Assembly (NCBI GenBank): GCA_038087875.1
Contig: JAXLNO010000395.1
Location: 124,001 to 183,851 of the forward strand
DNA from: Malacoraja senta
Taxonomy: Eukaryota
Length of the DNA: 59,851 bases
Direction: 5' to 3'
A program made the translations under genes and the position numbers. Of this stretch, positions 22,690 through 34,752 are shown piece after piece; position 1 is the first letter of the stretch; every line of letters starts with the position of its first letter. Under the pieces are notes generated by a model. It saw only the letters and a program-made list of their open reading frames with translations. It was not told the DNA's origin and did no database searches.

Positions 22690-25600
22690 GTTTTTATTTT
22701 GTATTTATTTATTTATTTTTTTATTGGGGGGAGGGGAATTACAGTACATCTGAAGTATTGCATTACATTTCCCTCCATTTTGTTTTTTATAAATAATAAC
22801 AAAATAACCCTTACCCAACCTCCCTAAACACCCCTTGGCAGCTAATGTTTTCACAATACAAATATATCACAAAAAGCACTTTTTATTATTATTATTTTTT
22901 TAAATTTTATTTATTAGAAGTACATTAAATTACAAACAATTACATTAGTACTCATCACATATATCTTATTACAATTAATGTACTCCTTCATTTTTTAAAG
23001 CTAATAAAAAGAAAAGGTTGAAATTAAGAAGAAAGAGAAAGTGAAGGAAAATAGTGATAGTGTAAAAGTGTGTCAACAGGAAAGAACAGAGACCCTGTAG
23101 AAGAGAAATTAGAGAGAAAAGATTAAGAGATAGACCCTAAAGAAGAAGAAAAGAGAAAGAAGAGAAGAGAGAAAAACAAGTACTCTATTATGAGCATCAC
23201 GCAAATGGGATATACCAACCCACCACCTTTCATCCCCCTTTACCAAGTCCTGACATCGGTACCTTTTTAAAGTACTTTTGCACCTTATGCTTGTAATAGT
23301 TCTATAAATGAAGACCACGTCCGATGGAAGTGATCTAATTTGCATGCCAGAAAGAGTCTTATCTCTTCCAGGTGTAATGTTTCAAACATGTTTGAAATCC
23401 ACATGTTTATAGTTGGCATTGGAGCATTTTTCCAAAATTTTAGGATAAGCTTTTTTTCCAGTTATTAACCTGTAATCAAATAGGTTCTTTTGAAACACAT
23501 TTAGTTCAGGGCTATCTTCCGTTGTTCCGAAGATAATCCATTCTGCTTTTGGTGTCAGTTTTATTTTAAATAATTTTGTAAAGATTTCAAAAATTTCAAT
23601 CCAACATTTTTGAATTTTTGTACAAAAAACAAACGAGTGCGCTATAGTAGCTTCTTGGAACTGACATTCATCGCAAATAGGTGATAGATTGGGGAAATTT
23701 TTACTAATTTTGTTTTTTCAATAATATAATCTGTGTAAAATTTTGAATTGTATTAAAGTGTGTCTTACATTAATCGAGCATTTATGCACATTTAATAAAT
23801 GTTCATTCCACCTCTCCTTTGAAATTTTAATAGCTAATTCTTGTTCCCAGTCTCTTCTAATACCTTCCGTAGTTGGTATTTCTACATTTAAGATAATATT
23901 ATACAAATAAGATATTAAGTTTGCTGATTCAGCTTTTATCTGCATTGCTTCGTCCAGTACATCTGGTGGCATGTTATAATAATCTTTTGTATATTTTTTC
24001 AGATAATCACATATTTGAAAATATTTAAAGTATTGATTGTCTCCCAGATTATATTTTATTTGTAATAGTTGGAATGATAGTAATTTTCCAGTTTCGTACA
24101 AGTCTCCGAGCGTTTTAATTCCTAATCTTTCCCATTGTATAAATGATTTGTCTATAATGGAGGGTTTAAACGAAGGATTATTAACTATTGTGGATAAAAG
24201 CGATAGATTTCTTAATTTTAAATTTTGTTTTACTTGTTTCCAAGTTCTAATTGTGCTATGTATAATTGGGTTTTTGTTATAATTTATATTATTCAGTTTC
24301 ATTGGTGAGAGGAGGATCGCTCCAATATTACAAGAGGAACAGTCTTCTCTCTCCATTATAATCCAGTCCACCTGCTGGGCAGAGTTGTCCAGCAGTTGAA
24401 TCATATTTTTAATATTTACTGACCAATAATAGTACATAAAGTTAGGGAGTGCTAAGCCCCCTAGTACTTTAGGTTTGTTCAAATGTGTTCTTTGTATTCT
24501 ATGGGATTTATAATCCCATATAAAATTAGTAATGTCTGAATCCAATTTTTTAAAAAAACTTTTTGGTAAATATATAGGAATTGATTGAAATAGGTATAGA
24601 ATTTGTGGTAAAAAGAACATTTTTATTGCATTTATTCGGCCTATTAAAGACATCGGAAGCATTTTCCAGAATTTAATTAATGTATTTAATTTATTAAGTA
24701 GAGGGTTATAATTTGCTTTGAACATGCCTTGATATGTTCTGGTAATTTCAATACCCAAATATTTAAATTTTTCTGTAGCTATTTTAAAAGGGAATTTTAA
24801 GAGATGTGTTGAGTCTTTCGGTTTTATTGACATAATTTCACTTTTATTCACTTTCCAATTTATTCTGTATCCAGAAAAGGATCCAAAATCCTCAATTAGA
24901 TTTAATATGTTTGGTATAGTAATTTGAGGTTTTGTGATGTACAATAATATATCATCTGCGTATAAAGATATTTTATTACTTGAATATTTAGTGTTATAGC
25001 CATGGATATCTGGATGTATTCTAATTTTTTCCGCTGAAGGTTCAATTATAAGAGCAGATAACAAACGGCAATGGACACCAATAAAATTACAGAGTTCTTG
25101 GATAACTGTAATCTTCCAAAGTTAGAGTTGAAGGAACAAGAGGAATTGGGTGCACAAATCTCAATTAAGGAATTAGAAGATACAATAAATTCATTAAAGA
25201 ACGGAAAAACTCCAGGTCCTGACGGATTTAATAATGAATTTTATAAATATTTTCATGAAAAATTATACCACGTTTACAAAAAATGTATAAATATGCCTTT
25301 AAAGAACAAATATTACCTGATACACTAGCTGAATCAACGATCACATTAATACTAAAAAAAGACAAAGATATAGAAGAACCGGGTTCATATAGAGCTATAG
25401 CATTGTTAAATACAGATCAAAAAATATTAGCGAAAACACTAGCTAGAAGATTAAGTAAATATATTACTAAATGAATAAACCCAGATGAAACGGGGTTTAT
25501 CCCTAAGAGGCATTCATCTAATAATATGAGACGGCTACTCAATATAATGCACTCACACAAAACCGAAGAACAAGAATTATCAATTATTTCGTTGGACGCC

Positions 25601-26600
25601 GAAAAAGCATTTGATCAAGTAGAATGGAATTATATGGTTAAAGTATTACAAAAATTCCAATTGGGAGAGAATTTCATTCTATGGATTACATTATTATATA
25701 ATAAGCCTACAGCTAGAATATTAACGAATAACATATTATCTTCGAAATTCCAATTATCAAGGGGTAACAGACAAGGATGCTCATTATCAAATGCACATTT
25801 TAACAATAATAAAGTAACAAAACAGAATAAAGGAGGCTCCCCACTTACTGTCAAGTGCCCCCAGTCAATAGGTAGTTCCTTTAGACCCTCAAAGTATGAT
25901 AAAAAGGGTTCCCATTTCAAATACAACTTTTTCACAGACCCCCTCAATGTGAATTTAATCTTTTTGAGCCTAAAAAAACCCATCACGTCTTCCAGCCAAG
26001 CAGCAGCAGATGGAGGAGTGGTAGATTTCCATACCAGCAAGATTCTCCTACGGGCCAAAAGTGATGTAAATGTAATGATATCAGACTGGGTTGTATTTAA
26101 ACCCAAGGTTTTATCTGCTACACCAAATACAGCTACAAGCAGGCAAGGTCTCACAGTCATCCCAAGGACTTCACTGGTGGTTTTAAAAACCACTGCCCAG
26201 TAGTTACCAAGTTTGGGGCAAAACCAGAATGCTTGAGCTAGATTGGCTGGAGAGAAGGAGCACCTGTCACAGCCAGCGTCTGTCCCTGGATATATGTCTG
26301 CAAGCCTGGCTTTGCTTAAATGAACCCTGTGTAAAACTTTAAATTGTATGAGCCCCAATGATGATGGTGACAAGGAATGGACTCTTTTCAGTGCTTCTGT
26401 CCAGCATTCCTCAGATAGATCTATACCAAGGTCGTCCTCCCACCTAGCTTTAACTTTGTTCAGGTTTTGATCTCCAAAATACATCAGTTGAGAATATACT
26501 ACAGAGATCAGTCCTTTATTTGCAAAGGTAAGAGTGAGTTTATCCAACACTGTGACAGGCGGGAGATCAGGAAAAGAGGGACATTTTTTCAACTTTTGGC
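22690..26600 (-). mobile_element. Older L1-clade LINE 3' portion (ORF2 C-terminus ~25870-26600; 3'UTR/poly-A at 22690-22880), split by a younger L1
   Basis: LIQFKVLHR..CDRC...FWFCPKL..YW in ORF 25630..26592; T-rich tail at 22690-22723. Confidence 0.7.
22885..25790 (-). mobile_element. L1-clade LINE with 5' inversion (minus 22885-25064; inverted plus segment 25065-25790)
   Basis: Plus segment runs from GPDG to RQGCSLS; minus segment resumes at ..ALIIEP..LYADD through the C-rich end and T-rich tail. Confidence 0.88.
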
Positions 26601-26785
26601 ACTGACAAGTTATGACTTCCTTCTCAATTATATTTTATCTAAATCTGTGCAAATTTTCATGTGGTTCCGAGACATGGGTTCAAGACACATTTTTGATGCT
26701 TGGCCCACAGCCTATTATCATGTATAGTCTTTCCACTGCCTCGATAGCACTCAATAAAAAGCTTTTCATTGTACCTAGGTACACG

Positions 26786-27580
26786 TGTAAATACGCTCTT
26801 TTAAAGCTTACCCCCCTAGTCTAGTTCAGTCAGAAACCACTGAGTCAAGCACTGGAACAACTAATCTTTATTTTTAGATTGAACAGCAAATTCCCTTATA
26901 TGATACCTAAACCACCGCAGGTTCGATTCTTGTCTCTCCTGGCCAAGCCCTTCGGCCTCATGCAAGCAGAAACACTCCAAAAGGTCACGCAGTCCCAAGC
27001 GCACTTCCAGAAGATTGACTTCGATCTAAGATGGATCCACCTTTTATAGGTCCACGAACATTGAGGGGCCGAACTACATAGGGGTGGTCTCTTTACAATC
27101 CAATCAAACATATTAATTACATCAGTACATTATTGACAGTTCCCCAAACCAATTACAGAGTCTTCTATATATTGTTTCTAGGAGAAGCTTCTGGAAGAAG
27201 CTAACTTAACTTGAATAATGCAACATTCACCATGGAACTCAAACAAACCTGCCAGGGCTTAAAACTTTGGCCAATCAACAAACAGCAGGGTAACTGTCCA
27301 GCAACATTATTTACAATATTTACAATGCTGTTGCAGTAACTTCATGCATTTTACACTTCTTTGGAGATCCTCTGCAGAAATCTCATTCATTCTGTCAATT
27401 GAAAAGATACTCATAAATTTCTTATCTACAACATTGATATGGGAGCTAGACTTACTGGCACCATTCAGCAGCTTGTCTTATACCTGCAGAAACACAGACT
27501 TGACCAAAATGGCCGAGTAATGAATGAATCCTTTACTACATTTTGGTGCTATTCCTGCTCTGTTTTGGCCAGGATTTACA
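26786..27580 (-). mobile_element. Solo LTR related to the ERV at 51604-59668
   Basis: TGTAA...TTTACA, 4-bp TSD CACG (26782-85, 27581-84), colinear similarity to both ERV LTRs; inserted in a LINE 3' tail (GTACCT.GGTACACG|TGACAATAAAC). Confidence 0.92.
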
Positions 27581-27899
27581 CACGTGACAATAAACTAACT
27601 AACTAACAAAACTACATTGATCACCTGAGTATTTCCAAAATGTTCTGTTTTTATTTCCAATCTGCAGTAGTCAGGGATTTGGTCTGAAAATGCCTGATCG
27701 ATGCAGATGTATGGAACTTTCTTATTGAACGGCAAGGTGCCGCACTGGCAACAGCTCTCTCTATGAAAAGCAAAAGTAGGAATGACAAAGATAAGATTGA
27801 TCAAATCTGCGCTTCAACCGAGACTGAATATAACATAATCTGTCAGAAACCAGAGAGACAGTGAAGTTAGAGAGGTAGATAAGTATTCTAAAAACTACT

Positions 27900-28050
27900 C
27901 GACCATTCAATCATGGCTGATCTATCTCTCCCTCCCAACCCCATTCTCCTGCCTTCTTCCCATAACCTCTGACACATGTACTAATCAAGAATCTATCTAT
28001 CTCTGCTTTAAAAATATTAATTGACGGCCTGCACAGCCTTCTGTGGCAGA
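27900..28050 (-). mobile_element. CR1 3' fragment
   Basis: CCATTCAATCATGGCTGATCTATCTCTCCCTCC...ACTAATCAAGAATCTATC matches 6830-6870 plus 7976-8080. Confidence 0.75.
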
Positions 28051-28616
28051 TGGTCTTGGTAGGGACATCGTCTTTTAAATTTTTCCTCATGAAGTTGATA
28101 ATAATTGTGGCATATTCATTCAGGTTTTGAATCCAAAATAAATCTGAAATAAAACAGAAAATCTTTTAAAAAGTAGAGCTCAATTTTGTTAGCTGAACTC
28201 ATGGCCACAGAAAGTATAACAAACAGAAATTAATGAAAGAGAAGAGGCGGCCAAAGGTCAATCACAACATGCTGAGTGGATGGAGTTAAGATACAAATCA
28301 AACATTACTTCATTTTATGGCTCAACATGCCTACAGCTGTTCCTATATTCCTATTGGAAGAGGACTGTGGAGTTAATTGTGTCATGCACTGACTAGTAGG
28401 TAGAGGATGATAAGATATGACATTGTCAGGGATGCATTGTATATGATTGGTGATTATGTGAATCGTGATGAATACATTTTCATTTAGGAGAGCCAACATT
28501 AGCTTTAGCTCTGAGCAGTGATGCTGCATTAGGCATGCTCTGTTTCATTGAAGATAAATGAGTTATATGGAAATGTGATTGAGAGGTTTTTGCAGTATTT
28601 TAGTTGTTAAGCTTTG

Positions 28617-29410
28617 TCCAGAAGTGGCGGCGCTGCCCAAGCAGCTGTGGCTCGCCTGCAATCCGTCTGTCTTTTCCTTTTTTTTTGTTTTAGTGTTTGT
28701 ATGTTTATTTTTAGTTGTGTATGTGTGTGGGGGGGGGGGGGGGACTTGTTTTAGACTCTTCCTTCGGGGGGATGCGAACTTTTCTTTGTCATATCCCCAT
28801 CTCCGTCTCCGTCTGCGCTGAGGTCTAATCGCGGAGCTGGCGGCCTCCAACTGGGACCGAACTCGAGGCTCCGGGAGCAGAGCCAGGACTCACCATCGCA
28901 AAGCTGGCTGACTTGGGGGCTGTGGTGGCACTGCGGCGGCAGCCCGACTTCGGAGCCTCGGAGGCTTCGGCCGCGGGCCCAGTGGACGACAATATCGGGA
29001 GCTCGCAGGTCCCAGGTTGGTGACCGACTCTCCGGAACTCCCGCAACAACAGCTCTGTCCGCTGGACTGGAGGGCGGCAGCTTCGTCCGGCCCGGGCCGC
29101 GGAATTTGAACCGGCCCGTTCACAGAGCTCGGATTCGGCCATGGGACATACCATCACTCGGCGGGAGGCCCAAAATCGAAAGCCTGGATCGCCTCAATGC
29201 AGAGGGAGAACAAGGAAGGAAGAGATAAAGACTTTAAGACTTTTGCCTTCCATCACAGTGAGGAGGTGCCTGGTAGACTCACTGTGCTGGATGTTAAACT
29301 GTGTTCATTGTGTGTTCTGTTTTTTTATTTTCTGTCATGACTGCGAGGTACGCAATTTCGTTCAAACCAAAAGTTTGAAGTACAATAAAGGATACTTTAC
29401 TTTACTTTAC
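28617..29410 (+). mobile_element. Unclassified CpG-rich non-coding retroposon-like unit
   Basis: GC/CpG-rich body within AT-rich flanks, ending AATAAA then (ACTTT)n tail; no recognisable ORF. Confidence 0.4.
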
Positions 29411-29577
29411 ATATATTAGCACAACCATTTGATATCTTCTTTTTCAAGCAGCTTTGTTGCAGCCTTGACCATAATCATTTTGCATAAAACTGAATGGGTA
29501 ATTGCTGCAGTTAAATTCTCTCTGTCACTGTGGAAATGCTTTTCTATATTGATGTTCTATTGCCAATTAGAAGCTTA

Positions 29578-29796
29578 ATGGGCCTGTCCCACTTAGGCGA
29601 TTTTTTGGGCGACTACAGATGACTGCTGCAAAATTTACAACATGTTGAAAATGTTTTGGCGACAGTGGTGACAATTTTTGCTGTCATATGCTGTGGTAGG
29701 TGCTGTCGTAGGTTGTCGCCAGATGTCGTAGGTCAATTCCATTGAAACTAGTCCCTGGCAGTCGCCTAAAGCATCACCTAAGTGGGACAGGCCCAT
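29578..29796. mobile_element. MITE (Harbinger-like TIRs)
   Basis: ATGGGCCTGTCCCACTTAGG.GA ... TC.CCTAAGTGGGACAGGCCCAT inverted repeats with TA/TWA flanks. Confidence 0.85.
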
Positions 29797-30201
29797 TACC
29801 CATCTGCTGCCGCTTTATATTAATTTTATCACATGGAAACTAACAGGCAGAGTGTTCACCCGACTGCAACCATTCTAAGCTTCGAGGCCAGGCGCAGTGT
29901 AGCAGTACATTTTGTTAATAGAATTTCTATTAAAGAAATAACGCTGACAGCTTTCGACATGATGCAGACAAATGTATTTTACTGTCCTTGTCCCTGTTTT
30001 AAAGAAGAATGTCAAGTTTCAAAACATCAATGAAACATGTATTTTATTAGCAGCTAATAAAATGCACTAAAGGTTTGCAGCAATTACAATGGAACAATTC
30101 CATTTATATCACTGAGGTAAAATAAAATTCTGTCATATCTCACAACATTTGTTGAATCATTTTGGATAAAGGCTGAAGTTAATGTGAGTTTTTAATGTTT
30201 A

Positions 30202-31338
30202 CTAGACTAAGTGGGACCTGTTGGGTCCCAGCTTCACATGGGAGGGCTGGTCCCCCAATGCAACATTCCACCTCTCCACCAATTCCAATATTGCTGGCCA
30301 GTGGTGGAGGGGGGGGGGGCTTTCTGGAGCGCTAGCATGGTGTTGTGGGCTGAAGGGACTGGTTTCCAGAGGGCTAGAATGGACATTGTGGGCCGAATGG
30401 ATTCTTGGGCTGGCTGCTCACTGAGACCACACACGCACACGCACTCACACTCGCAATCGCACTCGCACTCGCACTCGCACTCACTCTCACACTCACTCTC
30501 ACACTCTCACAGACACTCTCACAGACACACACAGACACACAAACACACACAAACACACACAAACACATACACACACACACTCACTGAATCATACACCATA
30601 TATATTGCAGTAAACTTTCTTGAATACTCACACGGCTCAGCACGGCCTCTCCACTTTGGGGCTTCCACAGTCAACGGAACTTCAGCAATCAGCATGACCT
30701 CTGCACTTACCGGAAATTACGCAATCAACGCGACCTCTGCACTCACTGGAAATTACGCAATCAGTGCGACCTATCCACTAAGCGGAAGTCACGAAATGAG
30801 CGGGACTTTTGAACCAAACACAGTCGGACCTAATAAAGCATTTATTCCTTCCAAACACAGTCGGACCTAATAAAGCATTGCAGTTTCAAGCACAGGCAGG
30901 ACAGCAGGACGAACAACTCATGACATTCTCATTAAGGGCTAACAAATCATTTATTGCAAGTACATTGCAGACTCACATCTCAGTTCATTCACAGCTTAGA
31001 ATGAGAGTTGTGGCCTCTCCCTCACGATCTTGCAGAGTGACTGAGTCACGTCCAGGCATCCGGGGTTTTATAGTCCTGTCCCCCCCCCCTCCCGTTACCT
31101 TAATTGTGGTGATTGACAGGCAAGAGGATCTAAAAAATTTTAAACACTCATAACTTGTTTATTTTTCATCGATGGGAAAAATCCTCAGGGCTTGCTCAAC
31201 AGAGGAGGACTGAGAGTAAGACGGCCAAAAATCATAACGATATATGGTAGCGTTTTTTCTAAAATCAATATAGATTTTATATAGATTCAATATAGCGCAG
31301 ACAGGAAGTGGTCAAGATGAGACTTTTAATTATATAGA
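30202..31338 (-). mobile_element. Non-autonomous Helitron, copy 3 (complete ends)
   Basis: A|TCTATATAATTAAAAG ... GGGACCC-AAC-AGGTCCC-ACTTAGT-CTAG|T on the minus strand, inserted in an AT site with no TSD; cargo is a CA-rich microsatellite, a ~36-bp repeat and a short duplication. Confidence 0.85.
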
Positions 31339-31440
31339 TTTTGCATCTTCAGTTTTTTATATAGACCAGGTTTAATTAGCACATTATTGCACAGGGTATA
31401 ATAATAATGTAGAAATAAAAAGGCATCTCAAGGGTCATCA

Positions 31441-31534
31441 GGTAGATAAAAATGCTGGAGAAACTCAGCGGGTGAGGCAGCATCTATGGAGAGAAGGAAT
31501 AGGTGAGGTTTCGGGTCGAGACCCTTCTTCAGAC
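31441..31534 (-). mobile_element. 94-bp Penelope-derived insertion with hammerhead core and 15-bp TSD
   Basis: TCTCAAGGGTCATCA at 31426-31440 and 31535-31549; sense sequence starts GTCTGAAGAAGGGTCTCGACCCGAAAC. Confidence 0.88.
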
Positions 31535-31619
31535 TCTCAAGGGTCATCAAGAGTGTTTTGTTCTCATATGTCTCGAAATGGAACAATGACATTCTTACTT
31601 GCAGCAGAACAGCAGATAA

Positions 31620-31900
31620 GGCAGCCCAGTGGTGTAGAAGTAGACCTGCTGCCTTACAGCACCAGAGACCCGGGTTCAATCCTGACTATGGGTGCTGTCT
31701 CTATGGAGTTTGTACATTCTCCTTGTGAGCGCATGGGTTTCCTCTGGGTGCTCCGATTTCCTCCCACACTCCAAAGATGTATGGGTTTTGTAGATTAATT
31801 GGCTTTGGTAAAAATTATAAATTGGCCCCAGTGTGTAGGATAGTGCTAGTGTACTGGGTGATCACTGGTCTGTTTCCGTGCTGTATCTCGAAAGTCTAAC
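31620..31900 (+). mobile_element. tRNA-derived V-SINE (HE1-like)
   Basis: B-box GGTTCAATCC; V-domain GGAGTTTGTACATTCTCC...GGGTTTCCTCTGGGTGCTCCG.TTTCCTCCCACA.TCCAAAGA. Confidence 0.85.
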
Positions 31901-31904
31901 GTAA

Positions 31905-32170
31905 AGATATGTAAACATAGCACTCTGTAAAACTCATAATAAAGAAGAAAAAAAATAGTATATATAAAAGAACAAAGAGACAAATATATGGGCAATAATT
32001 ATCCAAAAGTCAGAAATAATATCCCCAAGTCCATATAGTTTGGAGCCCATTTGGAGGCTCTATGTTTAATACCTTAATGGTTGCAGGGAAGAAGCTGCTC
32101 CTAAACCTGAATGTTACCATTTTCAGGCTCCTATACCTTCTTCCCAATGGCAGGAATGAAATGAGAATGT
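31905..32170 (-). mobile_element. Rex1-like LINE 3' fragment
   Basis: Minus strand LPLGRRYRSLK...RFRSSFFPATI. Confidence 0.6.
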
Positions 32171-32479
32171 GAAAAAAGTACAAGATGGCACCTTACTGTG
32201 GCAACATTGCAAGCAGCATCTTAAGTAGTAAATTATCTTTAAAGCTAGAAGATTTAAAGGTACATCTAGAAATTTATTCCTAGGTGTACACTGTATCAAA
32301 CAGAAAGGAATTTGTAAGCAATAATATTTTCAGTTCAGTTCAGCTTAGTTTATTGTCATGTTTATTGTCACCAAGGTACAGTGAAAAGCTTTTGTTAAAG
32401 CTATTCAAATTCAAATTACTTTTTTTTTTTTTAATTTGTTAGGTAACAGCATAAAAATAGGTGTAGGAAAATACGAGCT

Positions 32480-32690
32480 CAAGAACACAAGAAAATAGGA
32501 GCAGGAGTAGGCCATCTGTTTGCTCAAGCCTGCCCCACAATTCATTATGATCAAGGCTGATCTGCCCCAGGGCTCAATGTTGTTATGTGGCAGTTCCCCA
32601 TAACACTCAGTTCTCCATTTAATATCAAACTCATCTTTAAATTCCTCCAGTGACCTCAATCACTACAATCATCCAGGGTAGAGAAGTTGT
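32480..32690 (-). mobile_element. Old CR1 3' fragment
   Basis: AGAAAATAGGAGCAGGAGTAGGCCAT...GGCTGATCTG, CR1 3'UTR signature. Confidence 0.6.
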
Positions 32691-32739
32691 GAAGGAAGCA
32701 AAAGAAATTTCAAGAGTTTCAAATTTCAAGGCATAAATA

Positions 32740-32845
32740 TCACCAACAATTTGTCCTTGACCAAGAACATTGGAGCTCTCGCCAAGAAAGCACACCATTG
32801 CCTCTACTTCCTCGGAAGACTAAGAAAGTTTGGAATGTCTCTAAT
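32740..32845 (+). mobile_element. Rex1-like RT fragment
   Basis: KKAHHCLYFLGRLRKFGMS. Confidence 0.6.
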
Positions 32846-32932
32846 GAATCATACCTACTATTACAATCTAAACAGTTATACTTAACTGGTGCTATCCACT
32901 CATTTACTAACCATGGATCTACATACTCATTG

Positions 32933-33130
32933 ATAGACACAAAATGCTGGAATAACTCAGCGGGTCAGCCAGCATCTCTGGTGAAAAAAAAGGTGACATT
33001 TCAGATCAGAACCCTTGAAGAAGAAAAGATCCGACCCGAAACGCCACTGATATTTTTTTTCTTCAGTGATACTACCTGACCCGCTGAGTTATTCCAGCAT
33101 TTTGTGTCTTCGGTATGAACCTGCATCTAC
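32933..33130. mobile_element. Inverted pair of Penelope-derived units
   Basis: GACACAAAATGCTGGAATAACTCAGCGGGTCAG ... CTGACCCGCTGAGTTATTCCAGCATTTTGTGTC inverted arms; ACCCGAAAC core remnant. Confidence 0.75.
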
Positions 33131-33529
33131 TATACATAATAATTGAATTGGTCCCAGATCCCGTCTTGGAATTTTAAAGAGGATTTGGTCCTAACCAGAG
33201 GAATTTGAAATGCCTCATTTGTTTTAATGCTTAATCATAAATGGTCCTATAAAGTCACTGTAATCTAGTTTCCAGATAGCATAAGTGACTATTTGCCATG
33301 TAAAATAACAGCTGCATTCCTAATAGCGCATTGCCTTTGCATTCACAGCTGCACCTTGGGATTTGAAACTTAACCACTGCTGTACCAACACATTCAATGC
33401 ATGCACGTTTATTTGGAATTACAATGAGTACATAGAATGTATCCATGTCTTTGTTAGTCATGGATGCGTATAGCCCTATTTCTTCCCGATAATGAAGACT
33501 GAATATACTATACAATAAAAGAGCACTTA

Positions 33530-34520
33530 TGGTTCAGGTAATAGATGAGCATGGATTGGGTGAGTAACCACCAGAAAACAGTGTGTTGTAGTAAATGGGC
33601 CATTTTCAGATTGGCAATTTGTAACTGGTGAAATGCCATATGGGTTAGTGCTGAATCTTCACCAATTTGCTATGTTAATGACTTTGATGAAGGAACCAAG
33701 CCTACTTTCGCCAGATTTGCTGATGATACAAAAATAGGCGGGTTGGCCAACTGTGAGGAGGGGATGTGAATTCTGCAAAGGTTTGAAGACAGGTTACATG
33801 ATTGGTCAAAAAGTTAGCAGATAGAATATACTGAAGTAAATATGACGTTATCCACTTTGGTAGAACAAATAAGAAAGCTTTTTATAATATAGAGCAAGAC
33901 GACACACTATTGTGGTGGAAAAGCATTGGTTGGTTCTTGTGCTTGAAAGTCAAAAGACTGGCATGTAGATAGAACATGTAATTCAGAAGGCTGATAGAAT
34001 GTTTGACCTTTTTTACAAGGGTGATGAATTAAGAAGTAGATTAGCTTTGAGACATCTTTAGAAGACACAGGTGAGACCACACCTGGAGTACTGCATATAG
34101 TCCTGATCCCAAGACTTTAGGAAAGATGGAAAGATACACTTGCATTAGAGGGATGCAGAGACATTTTCTAGATAGATTCCTGGGATGAATGGGTTTATGT
34201 ATGAAGAAAGGTTGAGCAGATTGGTCTGAAACATTAGCATATGGATGAATGAATTGACATTGTGGGGGATGGGTGGGGGGAGGATGTTTTACCTAGAGAG
34301 GCTAATTAGAACAAGAAAGCATTATTTCATAGTATGGTGTTGCCAACTTAAGATGGCACGAGGTGCAGTGGAGGCAGATTCAACATGGAGACTGATAAAA
34401 TGAGAGTTAAGGATTAGAGGTAGAGAGTGGAAGTGTGTTGTCAAAGCCATGATCAGCCATACTGATTTGCAGAGTGGGTTTGACAGGCTGACTTTCTCCT
34501 GCATCCACTTCTTATGTTCT
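33530..34520 (+). mobile_element. Highly degenerate CR1 RT/3' end
   Basis: FADDTKIG, VRPHLEYC remnants and CR1-type 3'UTR. Confidence 0.75.
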
Positions 34521-34752
34521 ACCACAACCAGAGAGCAGTGCTGAACTACTATCTACCTCTTTGATGACCCTCAGACTATCCTTGGTCGGACTTTGCTGGC
34601 TTTACCTTACACTAAACGTTATTCCCTTATCATGTATTTATACACTTTAAGTGGATCGATTGTAACCATGTATTGTCTTTCTGCTGACTGGTTAGCATGC
34701 CACAAAAGCTTTCCACTGTACCTCGGTACACGTGACAATAAACTGAACTGAA
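34521..34752 (+). mobile_element. LINE 3'UTR/tail (probably Rex1-type)
   Basis: CAAAAGCTTT.CACTGTACCTCGGTACACGTGACAATAAACTGAACTGAA; same tail at 26755-27610 and ~32330-32395. Confidence 0.55.

Noticed and set aside
25526..26592. Overlapping long ORFs on both strands
   Set aside because: Chimeric read-through across the junction of two different L1 insertions
30211..30870. His/Thr-rich 219-aa ORF
   Set aside because: Translation of a CA-rich microsatellite within a Helitron
31620..31690. tRNA gene
   Set aside because: tRNA-derived SINE head followed by a V-domain; no complete cloverleaf
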